NCBI GenBank assembly: GCA_027491915.1
Contig: JAOZGC010000002.1
Span: forward strand, 384,001 to 448,000
Length of the DNA: 64,000 nucleotides
Origin: Thermoproteota archaeon
GTDB lineage: Archaea; Korarchaeota; Korarchaeia; Korarchaeales; Korarchaeaceae
Reading direction: 5' to 3'
Below, piece after piece: positions 26,946-35,306 of the stretch. Both the position numbers and the translations under genes were made by a program. A model generated the notes under the pieces. The model saw only the letters and a list, made by a program, of their open reading frames with translations, searched no databases and was not told the origin of the DNA. Numbering within the stretch: the first letter of the stretch is position 1; every line of letters starts with the position of its first letter.

Positions 26946-28130
26946 ATGGCCGATCTGTCGGTCGAGGTGGCCGGGATAAGGTTCAGGAACCCCGTCCTGA
27001 CGGCGGCCGGGCCGCCGAGCCAGAACGGCTCGGCCCTCCTGGCGGCGGCCAGGGCGGGGGCCGGCGGGCTGGTGGCCAAGACCATCAGCGTGGAGCCCGC
27101 GAAGGTCCCCAGGCCGACCATGGCCGCGCTGGACAGGGGGATGACCGACTTCTCCATCTACTACGCCCTTGGGGGCAGGATCGTCCGGAGGACCAGGACG
27201 AAGATGTTCACCCCGAGGGGTCTGCTGAACATAGAGCTGTGGTCCGACCTGCCCTACCAGAGGTGGCTGGACGTGGAGTACAAGGTGGCCAAGAGCTCCG
27301 GCCTCCCACTGATAGCCAGCGTAGGCTACACCGCCGACGACCTGAGGTTCCTCGGCCCCAAGGTCCAGGAGGCCGGGGTAGACGGCATAGAGTTCTCCCT
27401 CCACTACGTCGGCATAGACTACAAGCCCCTCCTGGAGATAGCCAAGGCACTGAGGGAGTCGGTGGACGTCCCGATATTCGCCAAGCTCAGCCCCCACATC
27501 CTGGGACTCACGGAGTTCGCCAAGGAGCTGGAGAGGATAGGCGTGGACGGGATAGTGGCCGTGAACTCCCTCGGCCCCACCCTGATGATAGACATAGAGA
27601 CCGGGAGACCGCTCCTCGGCGGGAAGATGGGTGAGGGGTGGCTCTCCGGCCCGGCGATAAAGCCGCTGGCCCTCAGGGTGGTGGCGGAGGTGGCCAAGAA
27701 CACGAGCCTCCCCGTCATAGGGGTCGGGGGAGTGACCTCCGGGGCGGACGCCATAGAGTTCTTCATGGCTGGGGCGTCGGCGGTGGAGATATGCACGGGC
27801 GCCATACTGGAGGGCCCGGGTATATACGGGCGGGTGGCCAGGGAGATAGGGGAGTGGCTCGACGAGCACGGGTACGACTCGGTGGAGGACGTGCGGGGGA
27901 TGGCGCTTAAGTACCTGCCGGAGGACTACCAGTACGAGGTAAGGAACCCGGGGGTAGATCCGGACCTCTGCACGGCCTGCGGCCTGTGCGAGGAGGTCTG
28001 CCGCTACGACGCGATAAAGGTGGTCGAGGTGGACGGAAGGAAGACCGCCTCCGTCAACCAGTACGCCTGCTACGGCTGCGGGCTGTGCACGACCGTCTGC
28101 CCCACGAGGGCGGTCAGGTTCGTGGACTGA
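26946..28130 (+). CDS. PreA/dihydroorotate-dehydrogenase-family FMN protein with C-terminal 2x[4Fe-4S]
   Basis: NPVLTAAGP, VAKT, LNIELWSD, AKLSP, LSGPAIKP, GVGGV, CTACGLC..C, CYGCGLC..CP. Confidence 0.88.
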   Translation: MADLSVEVAGIRFRNPVLTAAGPPSQNGSALLAAARAGAGGLVAKTISVEPAKVPRPTMAALDRGMTDFSIYYALGGRIVRRTRTKMFTPRGLLNIELWSDLPYQRWLDVEYKVAKSSGLPLIASVGYTADDLRFLGPKVQEAGVDGIEFSLHYVGIDYKPLLEIAKALRESVDVPIFAKLSPHILGLTEFAKELERIGVDGIVAVNSLGPTLMIDIETGRPLLGGKMGEGWLSGPAIKPLALRVVAEVAKNTSLPVIGVGGVTSGADAIEFFMAGASAVEICTGAILEGPGIYGRVAREIGEWLDEHGYDSVEDVRGMALKYLPEDYQYEVRNPGVDPDLCTACGLCEEVCRYDAIKVVEVDGRKTASVNQYACYGCGLCTTVCPTRAVRFVD

Positions 28131-28166
28131 TGGTTTGGATAGGTCGGTTCGGGTGGTGTGGTGAGT

Positions 28167-28670
28167 ATGGCGGAGCAGAGGGTCCTTCTGGTCAGCCCTG
28201 AGCTCTGCACCGGGTGCAGGCTCTGCGAGCTGGCCTGCTCCTTCCAACACTTCCGGGAGTTCGCCCCCTCCAGGTCCAGGATAACCGTGGTCCGCAAGGA
28301 GGAGGAGGGCCTGGACATACCCGTGGTGTGTCTCCAGTGCGAGGACGCCCCCTGCGTGGCGGCCTGCCCGACGGGCGCCCTCTGGAAGGAAGATGAGAGC
28401 GGCCTCGTGGCCTACGACTTCGACAGGTGCATAGGGTGCAAGGTCTGCATAACCGCCTGCCCCTTCGGAGGGATAGGGTGGGATCCGAAGAGCGGCAGCG
28501 TCATAAAGTGCGACTGGTGCGGCGGGGATCCCCAGTGCGCCAGGATATGCCCCACCGGGGCGATAAAGTGGGTGAGGGCCGAGGAGGCCGACGCGACCAA
28601 GAGGGACAGGGTGGCCAGGAGGTTCGAGGAGGTATCTCGACTCATAACGGCCGCCAGGGGGGGTGTCTGA
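28167..28670 (+). CDS. 4x[4Fe-4S] small subunit 2
   Basis: CTGCRLCELAC, CLQCEDAPCVAACP, CIGCKVCITACP, KCDWCGGDPQC; paralog of 24540-25037; 8-nt overlap with the next gene. Confidence 0.9.
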   Translation: MAEQRVLLVSPELCTGCRLCELACSFQHFREFAPSRSRITVVRKEEEGLDIPVVCLQCEDAPCVAACPTGALWKEDESGLVAYDFDRCIGCKVCITACPFGGIGWDPKSGSVIKCDWCGGDPQCARICPTGAIKWVRAEEADATKRDRVARRFEEVSRLITAARGGV

Positions 28671-30609
28671 GCTGTCCCGCCCCTACGGGGGATACGCCGG
28701 TAGGATACTGAGGGTCGACCTGTCCTCCGGCAGGGTGTCTACCCAGGACCTCCCCAGGGACTGGGCCAGGCTCTTCATAGGGGGGAGCGGCCTGGCGGCC
28801 AGGATCCTCTGGGAGGAGGTCGGCCCGGGGACGGATCCGCTGGGCCCTGACAACAGGCTCATAGTGGCGACGGGGCCCGTTACCGGAACCGCCTGGCACA
28901 CCTCGGGCAGGTCCGTCATGGTCTCCAAGTCCCCCCTCACCGGAATATGGGCGGAGTCCCACTTCGGGGGCCACTTCGGACCGGAGCTGAAGTACGCCGG
29001 GTTCGACGCCCTGGTGGTGAGCGGTAGATCCCCCAGGCCCGTTTACCTCTGGGTTCACGACGGGACCGCGGAGATAAGGGACGCGTCCGACATGTGGGGC
29101 ATGGACACCTACGAGACCACCGCGGCCGTCAGGGACGACGTGGGATACCCGGCGGCCAAGGTCCTCTCCATAGGCCCCGCCGGGGAGAACCTGGTCAAGT
29201 ACGCGGCCGTGATCACCAACTCCCACGACGCCGCCGGCCGGACCGGCATGGGGGCCGTGATGGGATCCAAGAAGCTCAAGGCCGTGGCGGTCAGGGGGTT
29301 CGGGTCGGTCAGGGTGGCTGACCCGGACAGGTTCTACGAGCTCGCCCTGGAGGCCAGGGACAGGGTCCTGGGCAGCGACCAGGCCATGGAGCTCAGGAGG
29401 TACGGCACCGCCATGCTGGTCGAGGTGAAGCAGGCCATCGGAGAGCTCCCGACCTACAACCACAGGAGCGGCGTCTTCGAGGGGTTCGAGACCATAGGGA
29501 GCCACCACATAAGGAAGAACTACTGGGTGGCGACCAAGGCGTGCTTCGCGTGCAGCCTGGCCTGCAAGAAGAAGAACCTCGTCAGGGGAGGGGAGTTCCG
29601 CGGCCTGTTCTCGGGGGGACCGGAGTACGAGGGTCTCTACGCCTTCGGGAGCAACTGCGGCGTGGACTACTTCCCGGCCGTGTTGAAGATGAACTGGCTC
29701 TGCAACAGATACGGCATAGACGTGATATCGGCCGGGGTGTCCATGTCGTTCCTGATGGAGCTCAGGGAGAGGGGGATCATCGGGGAAGACCTGCTGGGCG
29801 GCGTGGACCTCAGGTGGGGGAACCACGAGGCCATGATAGAGGCCCTGGAGCTGATAGCCAGGAGGGAGGGGGTCGGAGACCTCCTGGCAGAGGGGGTCCG
29901 GGAGATGGCCCGCCGGATAGGGGGAGAGGCGGAGAGGTACGCGATGCACGTCAAGGGGCTCGAGATATCCGGTCAGGATGGGAGGACCCACAGGTCCGCC
30001 GGGCTGACCCACGCGGTGGCCGCCAGGGGGGCGGACCACATGAGGGGACTCGTGACGGTCGACCAGCTCGCCTACAGGGACGTGGCTGCCGAGAGGTTCG
30101 GCGAGGACAAGGCCGACAGGGTGGTGGACGGATACTCCGAGGACTACAAGGCCCTGGCCGTCAAGATGCACGAGGACGCCTACGCCGTCAGGGACTCCCT
30201 CATAGTCTGCTGGTACTCGGTGGGCTGGCCTCCCCTTTTCTGGGTGGACGACTTCTCCAGGGTCCTGAGCGCCGTCACCGGGGAGGAGTCGTGGTCCGAC
30301 GTCGGGGAGGTCTGGCTGGCCGGGGAGAGGATAGTGAACCTGAAGAGGGCCTTCAACGTCAGGGAGGGGATAACCAGGAGGGACGACACCCTGCCCGAGA
30401 GGTTCACGAGGGAGCCCATGCCGGAGGGCCCGGGCAGGGGCCAGGTGGTTGACCTGGAGAGGATGCTGGACGAGTACTACGAGCTGAGGGGATGGGACTT
30501 GGAGACCGGCTTCCCCACCAGGGAGAGGCTGGAGGAGCTCGGCCTGTCTGACGTGGCCGAGGAGCTGGCCGGCGCGGGGAAGCTGGCCCGGGGAGGAGGG
30601 GGGTCCTAG
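28663..30609 (+). CDS. AOR-family tungstopterin oxidoreductase large subunit, paralog B
   Basis: KSPLTG, IGPAGENL, CFACSLAC, GPEYE, QDGR, RGADH. Confidence 0.92.
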   Translation: MSELSRPYGGYAGRILRVDLSSGRVSTQDLPRDWARLFIGGSGLAARILWEEVGPGTDPLGPDNRLIVATGPVTGTAWHTSGRSVMVSKSPLTGIWAESHFGGHFGPELKYAGFDALVVSGRSPRPVYLWVHDGTAEIRDASDMWGMDTYETTAAVRDDVGYPAAKVLSIGPAGENLVKYAAVITNSHDAAGRTGMGAVMGSKKLKAVAVRGFGSVRVADPDRFYELALEARDRVLGSDQAMELRRYGTAMLVEVKQAIGELPTYNHRSGVFEGFETIGSHHIRKNYWVATKACFACSLACKKKNLVRGGEFRGLFSGGPEYEGLYAFGSNCGVDYFPAVLKMNWLCNRYGIDVISAGVSMSFLMELRERGIIGEDLLGGVDLRWGNHEAMIEALELIARREGVGDLLAEGVREMARRIGGEAERYAMHVKGLEISGQDGRTHRSAGLTHAVAARGADHMRGLVTVDQLAYRDVAAERFGEDKADRVVDGYSEDYKALAVKMHEDAYAVRDSLIVCWYSVGWPPLFWVDDFSRVLSAVTGEESWSDVGEVWLAGERIVNLKRAFNVREGITRRDDTLPERFTREPMPEGPGRGQVVDLERMLDEYYELRGWDLETGFPTRERLEELGLSDVAEELAGAGKLARGGGGS

Positions 30610-30625
30610 AACGACGGCGGACCTG

Positions 30626-31969
30626 GTGATCAAGGGCGCCACCCTGCTGACGGACTCCCTCATGCTGGGGGGGGCCGGGGTGGCGGTCGAGGCCGGAAGG
30701 GTGACGGCGGTCGCCCTGGACCCCCACCTCCCCGACGCCTCCGAGGTCGTGGACGCCGGCGGCCAGCTCCTGATGCCGGGCGGGGTGGACTGCCACGCCC
30801 ACGTGTACGACCCCGACTACACCCACAGGGAGGACTGGGCCTCCGGCTCCGCCGCCGCGGCGGCCGGCGGGGTGACCACCCTGATAGACATGCCCCTGGT
30901 CCTGACCGTCATGCCGGAGCTGGCCAGGGAGAAGATCCAGGTCGGGGAGAGGGACTCCATGGTGGACTTCTCCCTCCACGCCGGCATGATGGAGACCGAG
31001 GAGCACCTACGCAGGATGCCCGAGCTCGTCGAGATGGGAATAAGGTCGTTCAAGGCCTTCACCACGGCCCCCTTCAGGGTGGGCTACGACTACATAGAGA
31101 GGCTGGCCGCCAGGGCCAGGGACCTGGGAGGGGTGGTCACGGTCCACTCGGAGGACGACGCCGTGATAAGGGAGGCCGAGAGGGAGGTCAGGGAGGTGAA
31201 GGGCAGGAGGGACCCCCTGGCCCACCACGACTCCAGGCCCCCCGAGGCCGAGGCGGCAGCCGTGGCCAGGCTGGTGGCGGCGGCCAGGGCGACCGGGGGG
31301 AGGATCCACGTGGCCCACATGACCACGGCCCAGGGGGTGGGGGAGGTGGCGGCCGCCAAGTCCGAGGGGCTGAGGGTCACCGCCGAGACCTGCCTCCACT
31401 ACCTGGTGTTCACCAAGGCCGACGTGGAGAGGTGGGGCCCGTACCTGAAGATGACCCCTCCCCTCAGGACTTCCTACCACGTCGAGGCCCTCTGGAGGGG
31501 GATAGCCTCCGGGGCCGTGGACGCCGTGGCCACGGACCACGCCCCGGGGACCAGGGAGGAGAAGGAGGTCGGCTGGGAGGACATATGGAGGGCCTGGGGC
31601 GGGATACCCGGGGTGGAGACCCTGGTCCCCGTCACCCTCAGCGAGGGGGTCTGGCGCAGGGGGCTGGACCCCAGGAGGGTGTGCAGGGTGCTGTGCCGGG
31701 GGCCGGCGGAGGCCTTCGGCCTCTACCCGAGGAAGGGTTCCCTGGCCCCCGGGTCGGACGCCGACCTGGTGCTGTTCGATCGGAAGGTTGAGAGGGTCGT
31801 CCGGGCGGCGGACCTCCACTACAAGGTGGGGTGGACCCCCTACGACGGGATCCTGGTCAGGGGCTGGCCCTCCAGGGTCTACGTGAGGGGGGAGCTGGTC
31901 GCCCTCGAGGGGGAGCCCGTCGGCCGACGGGGGCACGGGAGGTTCGTGCCCATGGGGGAGGTGTCGTGA
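30626..31969 (+). CDS. Cyclic amidohydrolase (allantoinase/dihydropyrimidinase-like)
   Basis: DCHAH, AAAGGVTT, SFKAF (carboxy-Lys site), HSED, HVAH, KMTPPLR, TDHAP, AWGGIPG, PRKG...DADL. Confidence 0.9.
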   Translation: MIKGATLLTDSLMLGGAGVAVEAGRVTAVALDPHLPDASEVVDAGGQLLMPGGVDCHAHVYDPDYTHREDWASGSAAAAAGGVTTLIDMPLVLTVMPELAREKIQVGERDSMVDFSLHAGMMETEEHLRRMPELVEMGIRSFKAFTTAPFRVGYDYIERLAARARDLGGVVTVHSEDDAVIREAEREVREVKGRRDPLAHHDSRPPEAEAAAVARLVAAARATGGRIHVAHMTTAQGVGEVAAAKSEGLRVTAETCLHYLVFTKADVERWGPYLKMTPPLRTSYHVEALWRGIASGAVDAVATDHAPGTREEKEVGWEDIWRAWGGIPGVETLVPVTLSEGVWRRGLDPRRVCRVLCRGPAEAFGLYPRKGSLAPGSDADLVLFDRKVERVVRAADLHYKVGWTPYDGILVRGWPSRVYVRGELVALEGEPVGRRGHGRFVPMGEVS

Positions 31970-33876
31970 TGGGATTCAAGGGTTGGGCCGGCAAGGTGAT
32001 CCACGTCGACCTCGGCTCCGGGAGCGTATCGGTGGAGCCTCTGGACGGATCGCTGGCCGCCGAATACCTGGGAGGGACGGGTTTCGCGGCCAGGTGGCTC
32101 TACGACGGGGTCGGTCCTGAGACCGACCCCCTGGGCCCCGACAACCTGCTCATATTCGCCGTCGGCGCCCTGACCGGGACGGCCTTCCCGCAGGCGAGCC
32201 GGCACGTCATAGCCGCCAAGTCCCCCCTGACCGACATATACGGCGAGTCCCACGCCGCCGGCCACTGGGGGGCCGAGCTGAAGTTCGCGGGATACGACGC
32301 CATCGTGTTCAGGGGGAGGTCGCCGAGGCCGGTCTACCTCTGGGTGGAGGACGGGTCGATAGAGCTCAGGGACGCCTCCGACCTGTGGGGCAGGACCACC
32401 TACGAGACCGAGGCCATGATAAGGGAGGAGGCGGGAGATCCCTTCGTCAAGGTCGCCTCCATAGGGCAGGCTGGGGAGAACCTGGTCAGGTTCGCGGGGA
32501 TCTTCAACGACCACGGGAGGGCGGCCGCCAGATCCGGCATAGGGGCGGTGATGGGATCCAAGAGGCTCAAGGCCGTGGCGGTAAGGGGGCACGGCTCGGT
32601 GGAGCTGGCCGACCCCGACAGGTTCATGGAGCTCTTCTTCGACTGGAGGGAGAGGATGCTCTCCCACCCCTTCACCCCGGACAGGGTCAAGTACGGCACC
32701 AACAACCTGGTGGAGCTGATGCAGGCCATAGGGAGGCTCCCGGCCTACAACCACAGGGAGGGGGTGTTCGACGAGTGGGAGAAGGTCTCCGGCGAGAGGA
32801 TAACCAGGGAGTACCTGGTCGCCCCGAAGGCCGACTTCGCGTGCCTCCAGAGGTGCGGGAGGTTCGTCAGGGTCCCCTCCGGCAAGTACGCCATGGTGGG
32901 CAAGGGCCCGGAGTACGAGGGGCTGGACGCCCTCGGCCCCAACGTGGGGAACTCCGACGTCGAGGCCCTCATATACGCCAACCACCTGTGCAACCAGTAC
33001 GGCATGGACGTGATATCCGCCGGGGGCGTCATAGCCTGGGCCATGGAGTCCTGGGAGAGGGGCCTCCTGACGGCGGAGGACACCGGAGGGCTGGAGCTCA
33101 GGTGGGGAGACGGAGACCTGATAGTGCAGCTCGTGGAGATGATAGCCTTCAGGAAGGGTTTCGGGGACCTACTGGCAGAGGGGGTCTACAGGGCCTCCAA
33201 GAAGATCGGCAGGGGAACGGAGAAGTACGCCATGCACGTCAAGAAGATGGAGATAGCTGCGCAGGACGGCAGGGCCCAGAAGTCCATGGGCCTGGCCCAC
33301 GCCACCTCCAACAGGGGGGCGGACCACCTGTACGCCTTCCCGGTGCTGGACGAGGTGGGCTTCGAGAAGGAGATAGTGGAGAGGTTCGGGGAGCGCTACC
33401 TGCCGGAGATGACCGACAGGCTCAATCCGAAGTACAAGGGGATCATGGTGAAGGAGCTGGAGGACTTCTGCGCCGTGGTTGAGGCCGTGGGGGTGTGCAA
33501 GTACGGGACCGTCATACCCCCCGTTTTCTACTACGGAGACCTGGCCGACGCCCTGACGGCCGCCACCGGGGTGACATACGACGAGGCCAGGCTCAGGCTC
33601 ATAGGGGAGAGGATAGTGAACCTGCAGAGGCTGTTCAACGTCAGGGAGGGGATAACCAGGAGGGACGACACCCTGCCCGAGAGGTTCACGAGGGAGCCCA
33701 TGCCCCGGGGACCCTCCAGGGGCCAGGTGGTGGAGCTGGACCAGATGCTGGACGAGTACTACGGGCACAGGGGGTGGGATCCGGAGACCGGGATACCCAC
33801 CAGGGAGAGGCTCGAGGCACTCGGGCTCGGGAGGGAGGCGGAGGAGCTGGCGGCCGCCGGCTACCCCGTCAAGTGA
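31969..33876 (+). CDS. AOR-family tungstopterin oxidoreductase large subunit, paralog C
   Basis: KSPLT, IGQAGENL, DFACLQRC, GPEYE, QDGR, SNRGADH; TGATG coupling to the upstream gene. Confidence 0.92.
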   Translation: MGFKGWAGKVIHVDLGSGSVSVEPLDGSLAAEYLGGTGFAARWLYDGVGPETDPLGPDNLLIFAVGALTGTAFPQASRHVIAAKSPLTDIYGESHAAGHWGAELKFAGYDAIVFRGRSPRPVYLWVEDGSIELRDASDLWGRTTYETEAMIREEAGDPFVKVASIGQAGENLVRFAGIFNDHGRAAARSGIGAVMGSKRLKAVAVRGHGSVELADPDRFMELFFDWRERMLSHPFTPDRVKYGTNNLVELMQAIGRLPAYNHREGVFDEWEKVSGERITREYLVAPKADFACLQRCGRFVRVPSGKYAMVGKGPEYEGLDALGPNVGNSDVEALIYANHLCNQYGMDVISAGGVIAWAMESWERGLLTAEDTGGLELRWGDGDLIVQLVEMIAFRKGFGDLLAEGVYRASKKIGRGTEKYAMHVKKMEIAAQDGRAQKSMGLAHATSNRGADHLYAFPVLDEVGFEKEIVERFGERYLPEMTDRLNPKYKGIMVKELEDFCAVVEAVGVCKYGTVIPPVFYYGDLADALTAATGVTYDEARLRLIGERIVNLQRLFNVREGITRRDDTLPERFTREPMPRGPSRGQVVELDQMLDEYYGHRGWDPETGIPTRERLEALGLGREAEELAAAGYPVK

Positions 33877-33923
33877 CCAGTATATAGGGAAATTTTTATG
33901 AATTCTTTCCCTATATACCGGTC
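33875..33923. promoter_or_regulatory. Perfect 13-bp inverted repeat enclosing a TATA box
   Basis: GTATATAGGGAAA (33880-33892), 13-nt spacer TTTTTATGAATTC, TTTCCCTATATAC (33906-33918); outer GACC/GGTC. Confidence 0.75.
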
Positions 33924-35306
33924 GTGCTTCCCAGGGAGACGCTGGTCAGGGTGCTGAGGGACCAGCAAGAGGGGGTACCTCCCCCCCTCGTGAGGAGGGA
34001 TATCTCGATACCCACCCGCCCACCCCTCAGGAGGGCCGTCTCCGTGGTGGGGCCCAGGAGGGCCGGGAAGACCTACTCGATGTTCCAGCTCATGAGGGAC
34101 CTGATGTCCGCCGGGGTCGCCAGGGAGAGGCTCCTCTACCTGGACCTCGAGGACTACAGGCTGGCCGGAGCCGACCAGCGTGACCTCGGGAGGATAATAG
34201 ACCTCCACGCGGAGATTTACCCTGAGGCCTCTCGGGGGGAGAGGTGGATCTTTCTGGACGAGGTTCAGGCGATCCTCGGGTGGGAGGGGGTCGTCAGGAC
34301 CCTCCTGGACCTGGGGAGATCGTGGGTCTTCGTCACGGGTTCCTCCTCCAGGCTCCTGTCCAGGGAGGTGGCCACCCAGCTCAGGGGTAGGACCCTGACG
34401 TTCGAGCTGTTCCCCTTCTCGTTCAGGGAGTTCTTGAGGGCCAGGGGGGCCGGGGACCTGGTCAACGCCGCCGCCGGGGCGTCGAGCTCCGAGGAGGCGC
34501 GCCTGAAATCGCTCCTCCGGGAGTACCTCTCGCGGGGCGGGTACCCGGAGGCGGCGCTGAACCCCGGACTCGGGGAGAGGATACTCAGGGAGATATGGGA
34601 GGTGACCGTTTCCAGGGACCTGATAGACAGGTGGGGGATAAGGAACGTCAGGGCCCTGAGGCTCCTGGTGGGGGCGGTCAGGAGGTCGAGGGAGTTCTCG
34701 GTGCACGGGTTCTACAGGTACCTGAAGTCGATGGGCCTCAGGGTCGGCAAGGACACCCTCTACAACTACCTGGAGTACCTGAGGGACGCCATGATCGTCT
34801 TCCCCCTGCGGAGGTACTCCAGGTCCGTCAGGGAGATCGAGGCCACGTCTCCAAAGCTCTACCTGGTGGACAACGGGCTCTACCTCGGGGAGGTCGGGGA
34901 GGGGGAACTCATGGAGAACCTGGCGTTCCTGGAGCTGAGGCGGAGGGGGGCGGTGGAGGGAGAGAGGCTCTTCTACTGGAGGTCCAGGTCGGGATCCGGG
35001 GAGGTGGACTTCCTGATTGCGGACTCCCGACTCCGCCCGACGAGGCTCGTCCAGGTGACCCGAGAGGTCAGGTGGGACGACCCCAGGCAGGTCAGGAGGG
35101 AGCTTGGCTCCCTCGTCAGGGCGGCCCGGGAGACCGGGTGCCGGAGCCTTTGGGTGGTCACCTGGGATCAGGAGGGAGCCGAGGTCTTCGAGGGCGCGGA
35201 GGTCGAGCTGGTCCCCATGTGGAGGTGGGCGCTCGGGTTCCCCTCGGGGTTCTGGGAGGGGGTATCCCCCAGATTCCCGGCGGGCGCTCACCCGCCGGGG
35301 GAGTAG
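33924..35306 (+). CDS. AAA+ ATPase with DUF4143 domain (COG1373-like)
   Basis: GPRRAGKT, IFLDEVQ, VTGSSS, LFPFSFREF, GGYPE, KLYLVDNG, EVDF...LVQVT. Confidence 0.9.
   Translation: MLPRETLVRVLRDQQEGVPPPLVRRDISIPTRPPLRRAVSVVGPRRAGKTYSMFQLMRDLMSAGVARERLLYLDLEDYRLAGADQRDLGRIIDLHAEIYPEASRGERWIFLDEVQAILGWEGVVRTLLDLGRSWVFVTGSSSRLLSREVATQLRGRTLTFELFPFSFREFLRARGAGDLVNAAAGASSSEEARLKSLLREYLSRGGYPEAALNPGLGERILREIWEVTVSRDLIDRWGIRNVRALRLLVGAVRRSREFSVHGFYRYLKSMGLRVGKDTLYNYLEYLRDAMIVFPLRRYSRSVREIEATSPKLYLVDNGLYLGEVGEGELMENLAFLELRRRGAVEGERLFYWRSRSGSGEVDFLIADSRLRPTRLVQVTREVRWDDPRQVRRELGSLVRAARETGCRSLWVVTWDQEGAEVFEGAEVELVPMWRWALGFPSGFWEGVSPRFPAGAHPPGE

Noticed and set aside
26946-31969. De novo pyrimidine synthesis genes pyrD and pyrC
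   Set aside because: No pyrB/E/F/K nearby; the catalytic Cys is missing from the flavoprotein; the amidohydrolase lacks the HxR motif of dihydroorotase; the context is import and catabolism
24540-33876. Class II benzoyl-CoA reductase (BamBC) or a selenoprotein system
   Set aside because: No Hdr/Nuo-like or CoA-ester pathway genes are adjacent, and no in-frame TGA read-through is needed for any gene
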